From an uncultured Planctomycetota bacterium (GTDB lineage: Bacteria; Planctomycetota; Planctomycetia; Isosphaerales; Isosphaeraceae), in NCBI GenBank assembly GCA_963823665.1, contig CAWGMQ010000004.1, positions 2,944,001 to 3,008,000 on the forward strand: a stretch of 64,000 nt of DNA, given 5' to 3'. Shown here piece after piece: positions 11,457-22,070 of this stretch (positions are counted from its first letter, which is position 1; each line of letters begins with the position of its first letter). Made by a program: the position numbers and the translations under genes. The notes under the pieces are model-generated. The model worked only from the letters and a program-made list of their open reading frames with translations. It ran no database searches and had not been told where the DNA came from.

Positions 11457-11848
11457 GGCCGATCTTCCAGGACGTCGAGGAGTTGATGAAGGGTCGCCGG
11501 ATCAAAGCCGGGTGGAATGCGGACGAAGTGTCGTTCACTCACGACGAGCTCGAGCGAGGCGGGTGGATGGGAGACGTGGGGGTCGGCCGTAGAAACCCTC
11601 GATTGGGGACGGACAAGCACAGGAAGGAAGGCGGGGAGCGCGGAGCTCGCCGGGGCAGAGACCGGCGCCGGGCGACGGCTTTCCGAGGGGCCGGCGGTAG
11701 GAAATCCGCCACGGAGACCGTATAGCCAACTGCGGAAGGAGCTGACGGAGATATGACGGCGGCGACAAAACTCAGTTTGGGTCAAACCAGAGCGGTGGAA
11801 GTCAGCCAGTATGGCTGACCAATCGCATTTGGGAATAGCGCGGGACAT
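11453..11848 (-). CDS. tnpA: IS66 accessory protein TnpA
   Basis: W..SGLTQTEFCRRRHIS..W HTH-like N-terminus, overlaps tnpB start. Confidence 0.85.
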   Translation of the reverse strand: MSRAIPKCDWSAILADFHRSGLTQTEFCRRRHISVSSFRSWLYGLRGGFPTAGPSESRRPAPVSAPASSALPAFLPVLVRPQSRVSTADPHVSHPPASLELVVSERHFVRIPPGFDPATLHQLLDVLEDRP

Positions 11849-11932
11849 GCGTGGACTCCGGTGCGTGAGGGCACCGGCTTATCCTGACACCAACCCCCGC
11901 CCGGATAAAGATGCACTTCACCGGACGGTTAC

Positions 11933-12082
11933 TGTGGTTCGTCAGATTGGTCACATACCCGAAACTCGTCAAGTTCCCAAGGCCGTCGCCGGTGCTCAGG
12001 AGATGATTGTTTGAGTCCCAATTGTAGGTGGTGATGTTACCCACGTAATCGGTGGCGCCCACCAGTGCATGGCCGTTGAAGC
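11933..12082 (-). pseudogene. Rhs/YD-repeat protein fragment
   Basis: TDYVGNITTYNWDSNNHLLSTGDGLGNLTSFGY YD-repeat pattern, cut by IS66 on one side and the MITE-like element on the other. Confidence 0.7.
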
Positions 12083-12085
12083 TAA

Positions 12086-12203
12086 GTGCTCCATTTCACA
12101 ATTAACTGTGCGGTTCAGCGCGAGCCTAAGGAGGGTATCCGCACGATGGGGCCTCTGCCGCATAACACCTCCCAAAACCGCGCGGTTAACGGTGAAAGAG
12201 CAG
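12086..12203. mobile_element. MITE-like 118-bp element
   Basis: Imperfect ~30-bp inverted ends (GTGCTCCATTTCACAATTAACTGTGCGGTT / AACCGCGCGGTTAACGGTGAAAGAGCAG) flanked by TAA on both sides. Confidence 0.5.
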
Positions 12204-12359
12204 TAAGCGCGGCTGGCGGGCCGAACGATAGGTGGGCCGCCTCTTCCCGCCGCCGCGCATGGCGCGCCATTGGCCTTACAGGCGTGCTAAAATCTCACAA
12301 GGCAATGTGCGAATTCTCCTTTTCATTCCTTCGACATGTTTCCGGATGAGGGCCATATC

Positions 12360-12770
12360 ATGCACCCGAAATTCGCGAAAGCTGACAGCCTGTCCGGCGA
12401 GATCATTGGCGCCGCCATCGAAGTTCACAGGATCATGGGGCCAGGATTGCTCGAGAGCATTTACGAGCGGTGCCTCCTCCGTGAGCTCACGCTGCGGGGC
12501 ATTCCCGCCGTCAGCCAGCGCATCGTTGTCATCAATTACAAAAACGAGCAGTTCGAAGAGACGCTCAAATTCGATGTGCTGGTCGATGATTGTCTGCTCG
12601 TCGAGCTAAAGGCGGTCCAAGACGTTCGCCCCATTCACAAGGCACAATTGCTGAGCTACATGAGACTGCTGGACGTGCCCCTGGGATTGCTCTTCAACTT
12701 CCACGAGATCAAGCTCGTCGATGGAATGTCGCGTCTCGTTCTCGCCGGCGCAAGCAGCCTTTCAACATAG
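12360..12770 (+). CDS. GxxExxY protein (PD-(D/E)XK superfamily)
   Basis: IIGAAIEVHRIMGPGLLESIYE..FDVLVD..VELKAV..AQLLSYM. Confidence 0.95.
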   Translation: MHPKFAKADSLSGEIIGAAIEVHRIMGPGLLESIYERCLLRELTLRGIPAVSQRIVVINYKNEQFEETLKFDVLVDDCLLVELKAVQDVRPIHKAQLLSYMRLLDVPLGLLFNFHEIKLVDGMSRLVLAGASSLST

Positions 12771-13706
12771 GGAGGAGAGAGCCGCACGGACAAAGCGGTA
12801 AGGGGGCGGGAGGCAAGCTCGACCTGCTGTTGAACGTACACGTGGTCCGGCTCGCTGGCGGAATCTCGCTAGCCCTCGCGAGCCGTGCAGGGAAACCTCG
12901 AACATAGGGGGAGAAAGCCTTGAACATAAGATCGCGAAGGGCGCGAAGATTGAAGAGAATCCGAGGGTAGGCGAGGGACGCAATCGATCGGGCTCGGTAT
13001 TTGTGTATTCTTCGCGTCCTTCGCGCCCTTCTGTTCCAAAATGGAATTCGGTTTTGCAAGTTGCCGCCCCGTTGAGCGCGCTCGGTGCGCTCGAGGCTGG
13101 TACCGACGACCAAGTCGGAATCTGACGCTAAGTGCTCCGTTGCATTTCGCTCAAAACGCCACGACCGGAACCAAAAAAGGCCCCCGCGGCAAACCCCGGC
13201 TTCCATGCGAAGCCAGCCGCATCCCCGGCGCGAGTCCCCGCGCCACGGAACGACGTACAAACATATCTAGATCTACTTTATAGTTGCCATTCTAAGCTTC
13301 TCCAGGATCATACCTTTGAAGGACTTGGTGTCAAGGCAAAAAGTTAAGAAGTCTGAAAATCTGCATCTTTTGAGTTTTCGATGCATTTTCGACGCAGCAA
13401 TAGTGAAGACCAGGGCCCAGCTCCCGAACAACTGGGATGCCTGGCGAAGATGTAACACGCCGCACAGATCGCGCCGCACCTGCCACCGCACCCGCCACGC
13501 TCCCTCCCCCGCGCTCTGACCCGATCGTTGTGCCCAGTCTTGTCGAACAAGGCCAGATCTCGTTCGAGTGGAATCTTAACAGAGGCTTCGGTTTCGGGTA
13601 ACTTCGGACAACCGCGCGACGGGATTCAGCGACGGCGGATCACCCATCAAGAGTTTGCCGGCATCTTCTTCACTACGGTTCCTCAGTCGCGATCGAAGTC
13701 TTGAGA

Positions 13707-16286
13707 TGACCCAGCACGACCTGACCGCACGGCTCCGTCCGTATCTTCCCGTGTTGCTCTTGCTCTTCGTGGGCAGCGGGTGCGCGGCGCTCATCTACGA
13801 GGTGGTCTGGCTCCAGCTTCTTCAGTTGGTCATCGGCTCGACTGCCCTATCGCTGGGTGTGCTGCTCGGGACGTTCATGGGCGGGATGTGTGCCGGCAGC
13901 TTGCTGTTGCCGCGAATTGTTTCGCTCCGGCGGCACCCCCTGAGGGTATATGCCCTTCTCGAACTCGGCTCAGCCGCCATCGGGTTGGCGGTCTTGTACG
14001 GCATGCCCTACGCCGAAGAGTTCTACACGCGGTACGCCGTGGCTGGGCGAGCGAGCATTGTGCTCCGCGCGGCCGTTGCGGGGGTTTGCCTGCTGCCGCC
14101 CACGCTGCTCTTTCGGCGCCACGCTGCCGGCGATTGCGCGCTGGGTTGACACCGGACCGGAGGGCGTGTCATGGCTGGGCTTTTTTTACGGCGGCAATAT
14201 CGCGGGGGCCGTGTTCGGCTGCCTGCTCGCAGGCTTCTACCTGCTGCGCGTGTACGACACGGCCACGGCTACCTATGTCGCGGCAGCGCTGAATCTCACG
14301 GTGGGCGGGCTCGCTTTGGCCGTGGCGGCCGCCTCGCCCCGGCACGAGCCGCCGGAGGGCACCGCGCCCGACGCGAGCCCACACGTCGCCGCAGCCACCT
14401 GGGCCGTGTATCTGACAATTGCTCTCTCCGGCATGTCGGCGCTCGGTGCGGAAGTGGTCTGGACGCGTCTGCTCTCGCTCTTGCTCGGCGGTACGGTCTA
14501 CACGTTTTCCTTGATCCTGGCCGTGTTCCTGGTCGGACTGGGCATCGGCAGCAGCCTGGGCGCGGTGGTGGCGCGATGCGCCCCGCCTGGTCCGCGCACT
14601 CTGGGTGCCTGCCAGTGGCTCCTGACAGCAGCCATCGCCTGGGCTGCGATCATGATTTCTCGGTCACTCCCGTACTGGCCCATTGTTCCCAACCTGTCTC
14701 CCGGACCGTGGTACAACTTCCAGGTCGACCTGGTGCGATGTCTCTGGGCCGTATTGCCGCCGGCGTGTCTGTGGGGAGCGAGCTTCCCGCTGGCGCTGGC
14801 GGCGGTTGCGACCCCCGGCCAGGACCCCGGACGGTTGGTCGCAGGGGTCTACGCGGCGAACACAATCGGCGGCATCGCCGGAGCGGTCGTGTTCAGTCTG
14901 CTGATCATTCCCGTCGTCGGCACGGCGGGCGCTGAGCGAGTGCTGATCGGGCTCGCCACGACGGCCGCGCTGGTGGCCCATTTCCCCTTGTTCTTCGCCG
15001 CGCCCGGGCCGTTGCGGTGGCGCATCGCGGCGACGCTCGCAACCGGGACGGGAGCTGCCGCTTTCCTCGCCGTGTGCGTGACACCCATACCGTGGACGAC
15101 CGTTGCGTTCGGCCGCGGGTCGGCATCGTGGCTCGGAAAATCGGCGCCCGGCATTGTCAAGAAAGCTCGCATCGGGCCCGGCAACCCGGAGGTCTATTGC
15201 ACCTACGTTGGCGAAGGGACCAATGTCTCGGTCGCCGTCACCGTGAACCAGCAAGGTGTGCGAAGCTTCCACGGCGCCGGCAAAATCCAGGCATCCACCC
15301 TCGCCGAAGACATGCGACTTCAGCGCATGCTGGGCCATATCCCTGCGCTGGTGCACCCGCAACCGCGCTCCGTGCTAGTCGTCGCCTGCGGCGCGGGCAT
15401 TACCGCCGGCACGTTCGTCGTGCACCCAGACGTCAAACGCATCGTCATCTGCGATATTGAACCGCTCGTGCCTACCGTGGTGACGCCGATGTTCGGCAAG
15501 GAGAACTACAACATTGTCGACGGCATCGCGCGAGAAAACCCCCACACGGTCAGCGGCAAGCAAGTCGAGGTGATTTTTGACGACGGCCGGCACTTCTTGA
15601 GCACCACGCGCGAGAAGTTCGACATCATCACGTCAGACCCGATCGACCCCTGGGTCAAGGGGTGCGCCGTGCTCAATACGGTGGAATACTACCAGATGTG
15701 CCGCGATCACCTGAACCCGGGTGGCATCGTCTGCCTGTGGGTTCCGCTGTACGAGACCAGCCTCGAGGCCACCAAGAGCCTGATCGCCACCTTCTTCAAA
15801 GTCTTTCCGGATGGCAGCCTGTGGAAGAACGATCGCGACGGTTTCGGCTATGACGCCATTCTGTTCGGCCAGGTCGGGCCGACCGTGATCGACGTCGACG
15901 GGCTGGAGCGGCGGCTGGAACGTCCGGACCATCGGCTCGTGTTGCAATCGCTCCGCGAGGTGGGCTTCGGCTTTCCCGACACGGGAACCAGCGGAGTGGA
16001 CGTGCCGGACGAAGCGATCGACCTGCTCGCCACCTACGCCGGCCTGGGGGCTTCGCTCCGAGAATGGGCGCGGGGCGCGCAGATCAATACCGACCGTAAC
16101 TTGCGGCTTCAGTATCTTGCCGGCTTGGGGTTAAACTCCCAGTTGAGCGAGGCGATCCTGTCCACGATCCTTGCCCACTACAGCTTCCCCGACCGGCTCT
16201 TCGTTGGCTCGCCCGAGCGTATCCAGGCCCTCGAAATGCTGCTCGACTCGCGGAATAACTGGCGCAAGTCAGCCTTTCCGGAATGA
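13707..16286 (+). CDS. Fused membrane/spermidine-synthase-like protein (frameshift near 14113)
   Basis: SGCAALIYEVVW, many TM segments, VLVVACGAGIT, DDGRHFL..KFDIITSDP. Confidence 0.85.
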
Positions 16287-16357
16287 AACTGTCCGGACTC
16301 GTTCGCTAACTACCAGGTGATCCCGCACCCGCGCGGGGCTGGGGGGCCATAAGTAGG

Positions 16358-17447
16358 TCAGGCTTTAGCCTGACGATTCAACCCGCATCCGCGCGGTTGC
16401 ACTGGCCGCCGCGAAGGGGCAGGGCAGCAAGTCTCGGGGCAGACGTCATGACCGGGACCGAATTGACCAATCGCGGCCCGCGACCGTTCTGGCACCGGGG
16501 CGATCCGCTCCTGCACAAGCATGCGCAACATCTGCACGAAACGTGGATGGGTTCCCACCGTCCGGCTTCGGACCATCTCGATGCCGAGCTCCTCACAGAG
16601 GGCCTTTGCCTCCACATCCAGGTCGTAGAGAACTTCGAGATGATCGGATAGAAACCCGATGGGGTGGATCAACACGCGAGCGGCGTCGCGGCGCTTCAAT
16701 TCTCCAAGTTGATCGAGGATGTCGGGACCGAGCCACGGATCTTCGGGGCGCCCGCTCCGGCTCTGGTAGACGGAAGCCCATCGCTCCGGCGCGATCCCCG
16801 CGCATTCCGCCACGAGACGGCATGTTTCCTGAATCTGCTGCGCGTAATCACACGTCTGCGCCATTGAAACTGGGATGCTGTGTGCGGTGAATACGACTTG
16901 GGGCTCGCGGGTGTCGTCTCGCCCGGAGAATCGATCGAATGCTTCTCGTACGCGCTCGGCATTTGCAGCGATGAACTCGGGATGGTTAAAGAAGGCTCGG
17001 ACCTTATCGACCATCGGTGCGTTTTCACCCGAGGCGGCCCGCGCGTTCTCGATGTCCTCGCGATACTGGCGGCAGCTTGAATACGAGCTGTACGCCGCCA
17101 GCACGATTGCCAGCGCACGCTTGACGCCGTCTCGGGTCATCTGCACCAGCGTGTCAGCGAGCATCGGATGCCAGTTTCGATTGCCCCAGTAAATCGGCAG
17201 CGAGCTCGCGCGCTCGCGCGAGCTCGGGCTCGAGCGCAGCGATCAAGTCGCGAACCTGGGCGTTCAACGGGCTTGCCCCGCCGAAGTGGTGATAATGTTC
17301 GGCGACTGCCAGCAGTCGTTCTCGCGGGACACCCCGGCCGCGAGTGACGTTTTCCAGGAAAGGGATCACATCGTCTGGCTTCTCGGGACCGCCGAAGCCG
17401 ACGACGAGGATCGCGTCGTAAATGATCGAGGACTCGCGATCAGGCAT
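16358..17447 (-). CDS. hemH: Ferrochelatase (frameshift near 17200)
   Basis: [52 protein letters not shown]. Confidence 0.9.
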
Positions 17448-17507
17448 TGCGGGTGGTTGTCCCACAATCGGAATTGGCGCAGGACCCAGTCGGCGAGCGC
17501 CGCGGAG

Positions 17508-18755
17508 TCACCACGCGCGTTCCAGTATATCTTCCATGTCGGCCTGGCTACACGGCCGTGGGTTGGTTGCGTGGCAGTGGTCAAGCATGGCGAGACGGGC
17601 GTATTCGGCAATCCGGTCACTCTTGAGCCCGTCGAGCTGCCCGAGGCGTCGCGGGATGGGCAATCGCGCGAGCACGAGCTCGGTGAGCGTGATCAGGTGC
17701 CCGGCGGCATCGCCCGCGCGCCCCAACCCGAGCCGTCCGCCCAGATCGGCCATCCGAGCGGCCGCGGCCTCCCGGTTGAACCGGAGAGCATGAGGCAAGA
17801 GGATCGCGTTGAGCGTGCCGTGATGCGCCCGCCCCGTCGCGCCCAGAGCGTGCGACAGCGCGTGCACGACGCCAAGACCCTTGTGAAAGCTGATCCCGCC
17901 CAGCAGTGCGCCCATCATCATTGCCGTGCGGGCGTCGATGTTGGCCGGGTCGCGGACAGCGGTTTCCAGGCCTTTGGATATATACTTGAGCCCTTCGACC
18001 GCGATGCCGTCGCAAATCGGGTGGAACGTGGTCGAAAGGTAGCTTTCGACGCAGTGGGTGAACGCGTCCATGCCCGTTCCCGCCGTCAGCACCGGTGAGA
18101 GACCGGTGGTCAGCTCGGGGTCGCAGATCGCCACGCTTGGCAGCAAGAACTGGCTCAGGACTGCCGTCTTGCGACCGGTTTCTTGAAGCTGGATCAACGT
18201 TCCCCGGCCGACTTCGCTGCCTGTCCCGGCTGTGGTGGGCACAGCCGCCATGGGAGGAAGCGAAGCTGTGATCTTCTCCTGACCGCCGCGCGTGAGGTCA
18301 AAATCGGCAAGCCGGCCGTGATGTGTGACGAGCAGCCTGATCGCCTTGGCGGCATCGATCGCGCTGCCACCGCCGATGGCCACCAGGCCGTCGCAGCCTC
18401 CGGCGCGATAGCTCTCCAGGCCGGCAAGCACATCGTCCTCGGTCGGATTTGCCGCCACGTCGCGGAAGAAATTGGCCTGCTTGGAGAGCGGGCCGGCGAC
18501 CATCGTCGCCAGGCCATTCGACATCAGCCCGGGATCGGTCACCACCAGCGGCCGCGTCATCCCGAGCCGCGCCGTCTCGAAAGCAAGTAGCTTGCGGGCG
18601 CCCCAGCTAAACAAGATGCGATTCGGAAAAGTGAATGTCGCGACCGCCTGCGCCGCTGGCGAGGAAATATCCTCGAGCGCCGTGGAGCGCATGGGTGCCC
18701 GAGACTCGTGGACTTTCTGCACGGCGATTGTCATCGAACTGGCCGGTGTCGCCAC
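17508..18755 (-). CDS. Iron-containing alcohol dehydrogenase (start may be downstream)
   Basis: GGGSAIDAAK, PTTAGTGSE, DAFTHCVE, HALSH, HG. Confidence 0.9.
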   Translation of the reverse strand: MATPASSMTIAVQKVHESRAPMRSTALEDISSPAAQAVATFTFPNRILFSWGARKLLAFETARLGMTRPLVVTDPGLMSNGLATMVAGPLSKQANFFRDVAANPTEDDVLAGLESYRAGGCDGLVAIGGGSAIDAAKAIRLLVTHHGRLADFDLTRGGQEKITASLPPMAAVPTTAGTGSEVGRGTLIQLQETGRKTAVLSQFLLPSVAICDPELTTGLSPVLTAGTGMDAFTHCVESYLSTTFHPICDGIAVEGLKYISKGLETAVRDPANIDARTAMMMGALLGGISFHKGLGVVHALSHALGATGRAHHGTLNAILLPHALRFNREAAAARMADLGGRLGLGRAGDAAGHLITLTELVLARLPIPRRLGQLDGLKSDRIAEYARLAMLDHCHATNPRPCSQADMEDILERAW

Positions 18756-18838
18756 CGGCGCTCTCCAGCAACCATGGTGAAAGTGCTATGCCGAATCGTG
18801 AAAATGCTGTGCCGAGTCCCGCCTCTGAAGGTAATGAT

Positions 18839-19162
18839 TCAAATCAGCATGGCGATCGCTTGTTCCATCTCGGCTGCCGCATGAAAGTCACCGGCAGCGC
18901 GAGCCTTGGCGATTCCCGTCATGAGAATGCGTCTTGCAGCCTCGGTCTCGCCCAAATCCGCGTACGATTGACCGAGCTGCTGGTAAGCAGCAACCTGGTC
19001 ATCGGGCCGATCAGCGATCAGCTCCGCAAGCCGCTGGCGCCCTTCTTCGATATCACCTTCGCGCAGGCACTGCATCGCCAGGCCATAACGAAGGAACGCA
19101 TCAGCCGGATCTTCCGCCAAGCTCTTTTCCAGCATCAACCTTCGCTTTGACTTCTCAGCCAT
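18839..19162 (-). CDS. Small TPR protein
   Basis: DPADAFLRYGLAM..AAYQQLGQ..GDFHAAAEM. Confidence 0.8.
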   Translation of the reverse strand: MAEKSKRRLMLEKSLAEDPADAFLRYGLAMQCLREGDIEEGRQRLAELIADRPDDQVAAYQQLGQSYADLGETEAARRILMTGIAKARAAGDFHAAAEMEQAIAMLI

Positions 19163-19709
19163 CGAGACCCTGATTGAGTCGAATTCGCAAGCACCTCGAC
19201 CAGCCCACGCACGCCGCCCAACTCGCTCCCCTAAAGAATTCACCGAGCTCGACCGGAAAACTCCGGCCAACCCGGAGCCGCACCCAATCTCCACCTACTG
19301 TCCCACAGAACTGAATCTACTGGCCTCCGCGTGCGACTGTCAATGCAATCTTGCTTATCCGAAGTACTCGCGCCCGTCTGTGATCGTGACAGTCCGCCCT
19401 GCAATTGTCCCGGATGCGATGGGTTTGAATCATCTTCGTCGTCGCGTGCGCTACGTGACGCCCCATGTTTCGCGCACCATTCCGTGTCACGTAGTTTAGG
19501 GAGAATAGCGAGGGTCTATGGATAATTACGAAATCAGGGAAAGCTAGGGGAGATCGAGGTGAGTGGGCTCAAGCTGGGAAACGGGGTAAACCGATCCAAA
19601 ACCAAGCCGAATGACAGTGCGTCCGGCACTCTTGCCGGGCAGCAGAGATCCGGCACTCAGGCCGGACGGAAGTAGTCGGCGGGAATCTGGTCGACTTTGA
19701 GAATAGCCC

Positions 19710-21155
19710 GTGCCCATCGCAAAGAGGACGAGCGCCGTGCCAACGAAGTCGAAGAGTCGGAGAGAGGGAGTGCTCGGGATAATTGCGATCAATCTGACGG
19801 CGGTGATCTGTCTCGCCGGACCGCTGGCGGTGTGCGTGCGCGGCGGCAGCGACTCGCGGCGGACCGCGGTGGTCGATGCCGTCGAGAAGGTGCACAAAGC
19901 CGTCGTCAGCATCGCGAGCGAGAAGAAGGCGGGGTCTCACAGCCGCTGGCCTTTTTCGGCGGAGGAGAGCCAGGGGCCGCTGGTCAGCGGAATGGGGAGC
20001 GGCGTCTTGATTGACGGGCGTGGCTACATCCTGACGAACCATCACGTCGTCGACCACGTTCAGGGCATCGTGGTTCAGTTGTTCGACGGCACATCGTACG
20101 CGGCGCGGGTGCTTCAATTTGATCCAGTGATGGATCTTGCGATTATCAAGATCGATCCCGAGCACTCGCTTGCGGCGATCAAGGTTGGCACCTCGTCGGA
20201 TTTGATGGTGGGTGAGACCGTGATCACGATCGGCAACGCTTACGGCTACGAGAACACGGTTTCCGTGGGCATCGTCAGTGCTCTTCATCGCGATGTGACC
20301 CTCTCTGACGACCAGGTGTATCGAAACTTGATCCAGACAGATGCCTGCATCAACCCGGGCAATTCGGGTGGGCCGCTCATCAACGTCGATGGTGAGTTGA
20401 TCGGGATCAACGTGGCGGTTCGTGCGGGGGCGCAGGGCATCGGCTTTGCGCTGCCGATCGACGAAGTGAAGCTGGTGGCGACGGAGATGATCAGCACGCG
20501 ACGGCTGGTGTCGGCCTGGCACGGGCTGGTTTCAAGCGAGCAATGGAGCGGTGCGAAGCGCCGGGTGGTGGTTTCCGAGGTCCAACCTGGAAGCCCCGCT
20601 GAATCGGCCGGCTTCAAGTCCGGGGATGAGCTGGTTCGGGTGGGCGACCTGGCCGTCGCCAACAGCCTGGATCTCGAACGTGGCATGCTCGACGTGCGTC
20701 CCGGCCGTCCGGCGCTGGTGGCGATTCGCCGCGGCAAGATCGAGACGAGCATCCCGCTGGATGTTCGGGTGGCGCCGCCTGCAGTTGCGAATGCCGGGAC
20801 AGTCGATGCCGATGAAGCCGTCTGGCGCCTGCTGGGGATCAAGACCCAGCCGGTTGCGCCGGACTACGTGGCGTCGGTTTCTCCCAAGCTTCGCGGCGGG
20901 CTGTACATTCAGTCGGTCTCACCCGGAAGCCTTGCGGCGGGGGCAGCGATCCAGCAAGGCGACATCCTGGTGGGCATGAATGTCGGGACGCGGCACTGGG
21001 AAACGATCCGGGCGGACAATATCCTCTACGTGCTTCGCCAGCCGGAGATGTCCAAGGCGAAGAGCGCGCTGCTCTACGTCGTCCGGCGCAACGGACTTCA
21101 GCCGCGCCGGATCAGCTTCGCAGATTCGGCTCTGCACTCGAACCTGGGGCGATGA
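19710..21155 (+). CDS. HtrA/DegP-like trypsin protease with PDZ domains
   Basis: GSGVLI..TNHHVV, DLAIIK, QTDACINPGNSGGPL, two PDZ-like segments. Confidence 0.95.
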   Translation: MPIAKRTSAVPTKSKSRREGVLGIIAINLTAVICLAGPLAVCVRGGSDSRRTAVVDAVEKVHKAVVSIASEKKAGSHSRWPFSAEESQGPLVSGMGSGVLIDGRGYILTNHHVVDHVQGIVVQLFDGTSYAARVLQFDPVMDLAIIKIDPEHSLAAIKVGTSSDLMVGETVITIGNAYGYENTVSVGIVSALHRDVTLSDDQVYRNLIQTDACINPGNSGGPLINVDGELIGINVAVRAGAQGIGFALPIDEVKLVATEMISTRRLVSAWHGLVSSEQWSGAKRRVVVSEVQPGSPAESAGFKSGDELVRVGDLAVANSLDLERGMLDVRPGRPALVAIRRGKIETSIPLDVRVAPPAVANAGTVDADEAVWRLLGIKTQPVAPDYVASVSPKLRGGLYIQSVSPGSLAAGAAIQQGDILVGMNVGTRHWETIRADNILYVLRQPEMSKAKSALLYVVRRNGLQPRRISFADSALHSNLGR

Positions 21156-21376
21156 CGTCCCACCTTTGCGGCCGCAGCCGTTCGCCAGAAGGCAGCCGCT
21201 CGCTGGACCGTTGCTACGACCTGGTGCGGCCTGCCAGAAAGAACCGGCATCGACAGAAGCGATCGCAGGCGATAGCTTCTTTATCTGCGCTTGTGAGCAT
21301 CGTTGCTCTTTGAGCAAGTAAGGCCCGGTGCGATTGCTTTGAAGGTGACCGCAAACCCGCGAGACAGGAGCCTTTG

Positions 21377-21997
21377 ATGGAGGACGACCTCCCTCAGGAA
21401 CCTGAGGAAGATCGGCCGGGGCGGGAAGTGATCGTCATGCTCGCCGTGTTTTTCGAGGCGGGGCTGGCGCCGTTGTCGCTGCTTCTGGGCTGGCTGTTCG
21501 GGCATCCGCCGCTGGAACAGTTCGCGTGGAAGTCGGAGGACGCACTGATTGGCTTCCTCGCAACCGTTCCGCTGGTGCTGATGTTTCTGGCGATGCTGCG
21601 GTGGCCCGTCGGGCCGCTCGCTCGGGTCAAGAAGTTCTGCGACCACGAAGTCGTTCCGCTGCTCAACGATTGTTCCTGGTCGGAAATCGCGCTGATCTCT
21701 CTGTCGGCAGGCGTCGGCGAGGAGATGCTTTTTCGCGGTGTGATTCAGACCTCGATCGCGAGCTGGCTCGGTGTGGCATGGGGTTTGGTGCTGGCGAGCC
21801 TGCTCTTCGGACTGTTTCATCCGATCTCGCTCACTTACATGATCATCGCGTCAATACTGGGTGTCTATCTGGGCTCGGTCTTCTTCGCCAACGGGAACTT
21901 GCTCACCTCCATGGTCGTCCACGCAATTTACGACTTCGCCGCGCTCGGTTATTTGCTACGCATTCGGCCAGCGCTTGAGAAGACGGACGACTCATAG
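21377..21997 (+). CDS. CPBP (CAAX/Abi) intramembrane metalloprotease
   Basis: EEMLFRG, FGLFH, HAIYD. Confidence 0.9.
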   Translation: MEDDLPQEPEEDRPGREVIVMLAVFFEAGLAPLSLLLGWLFGHPPLEQFAWKSEDALIGFLATVPLVLMFLAMLRWPVGPLARVKKFCDHEVVPLLNDCSWSEIALISLSAGVGEEMLFRGVIQTSIASWLGVAWGLVLASLLFGLFHPISLTYMIIASILGVYLGSVFFANGNLLTSMVVHAIYDFAALGYLLRIRPALEKTDDS

Positions 21998-22070
21998 TGA
22001 TTTTGCCTCCCAGGGCGGCTATGCTTGAGCCCTGACTCGAACGGATTCTCATTCGCGAAAGGAGCAGAGA

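Larger units (their letters stand above)
9301..11932 (-). mobile_element. IS66-family insertion sequence
   Basis: Terminal inverted repeats GTAACCGTCCGGTGGAGTACA (from 9301) and GTAACCGTCCGGTGAAGTGCA (minus strand from 11932); tnpA-tnpB-tnpC order. Confidence 0.95.

Noticed and set aside
12086..12203. Integron attC site
   Set aside because: Core boxes are non-canonical and there is no integrase or second attC; a MITE fits better
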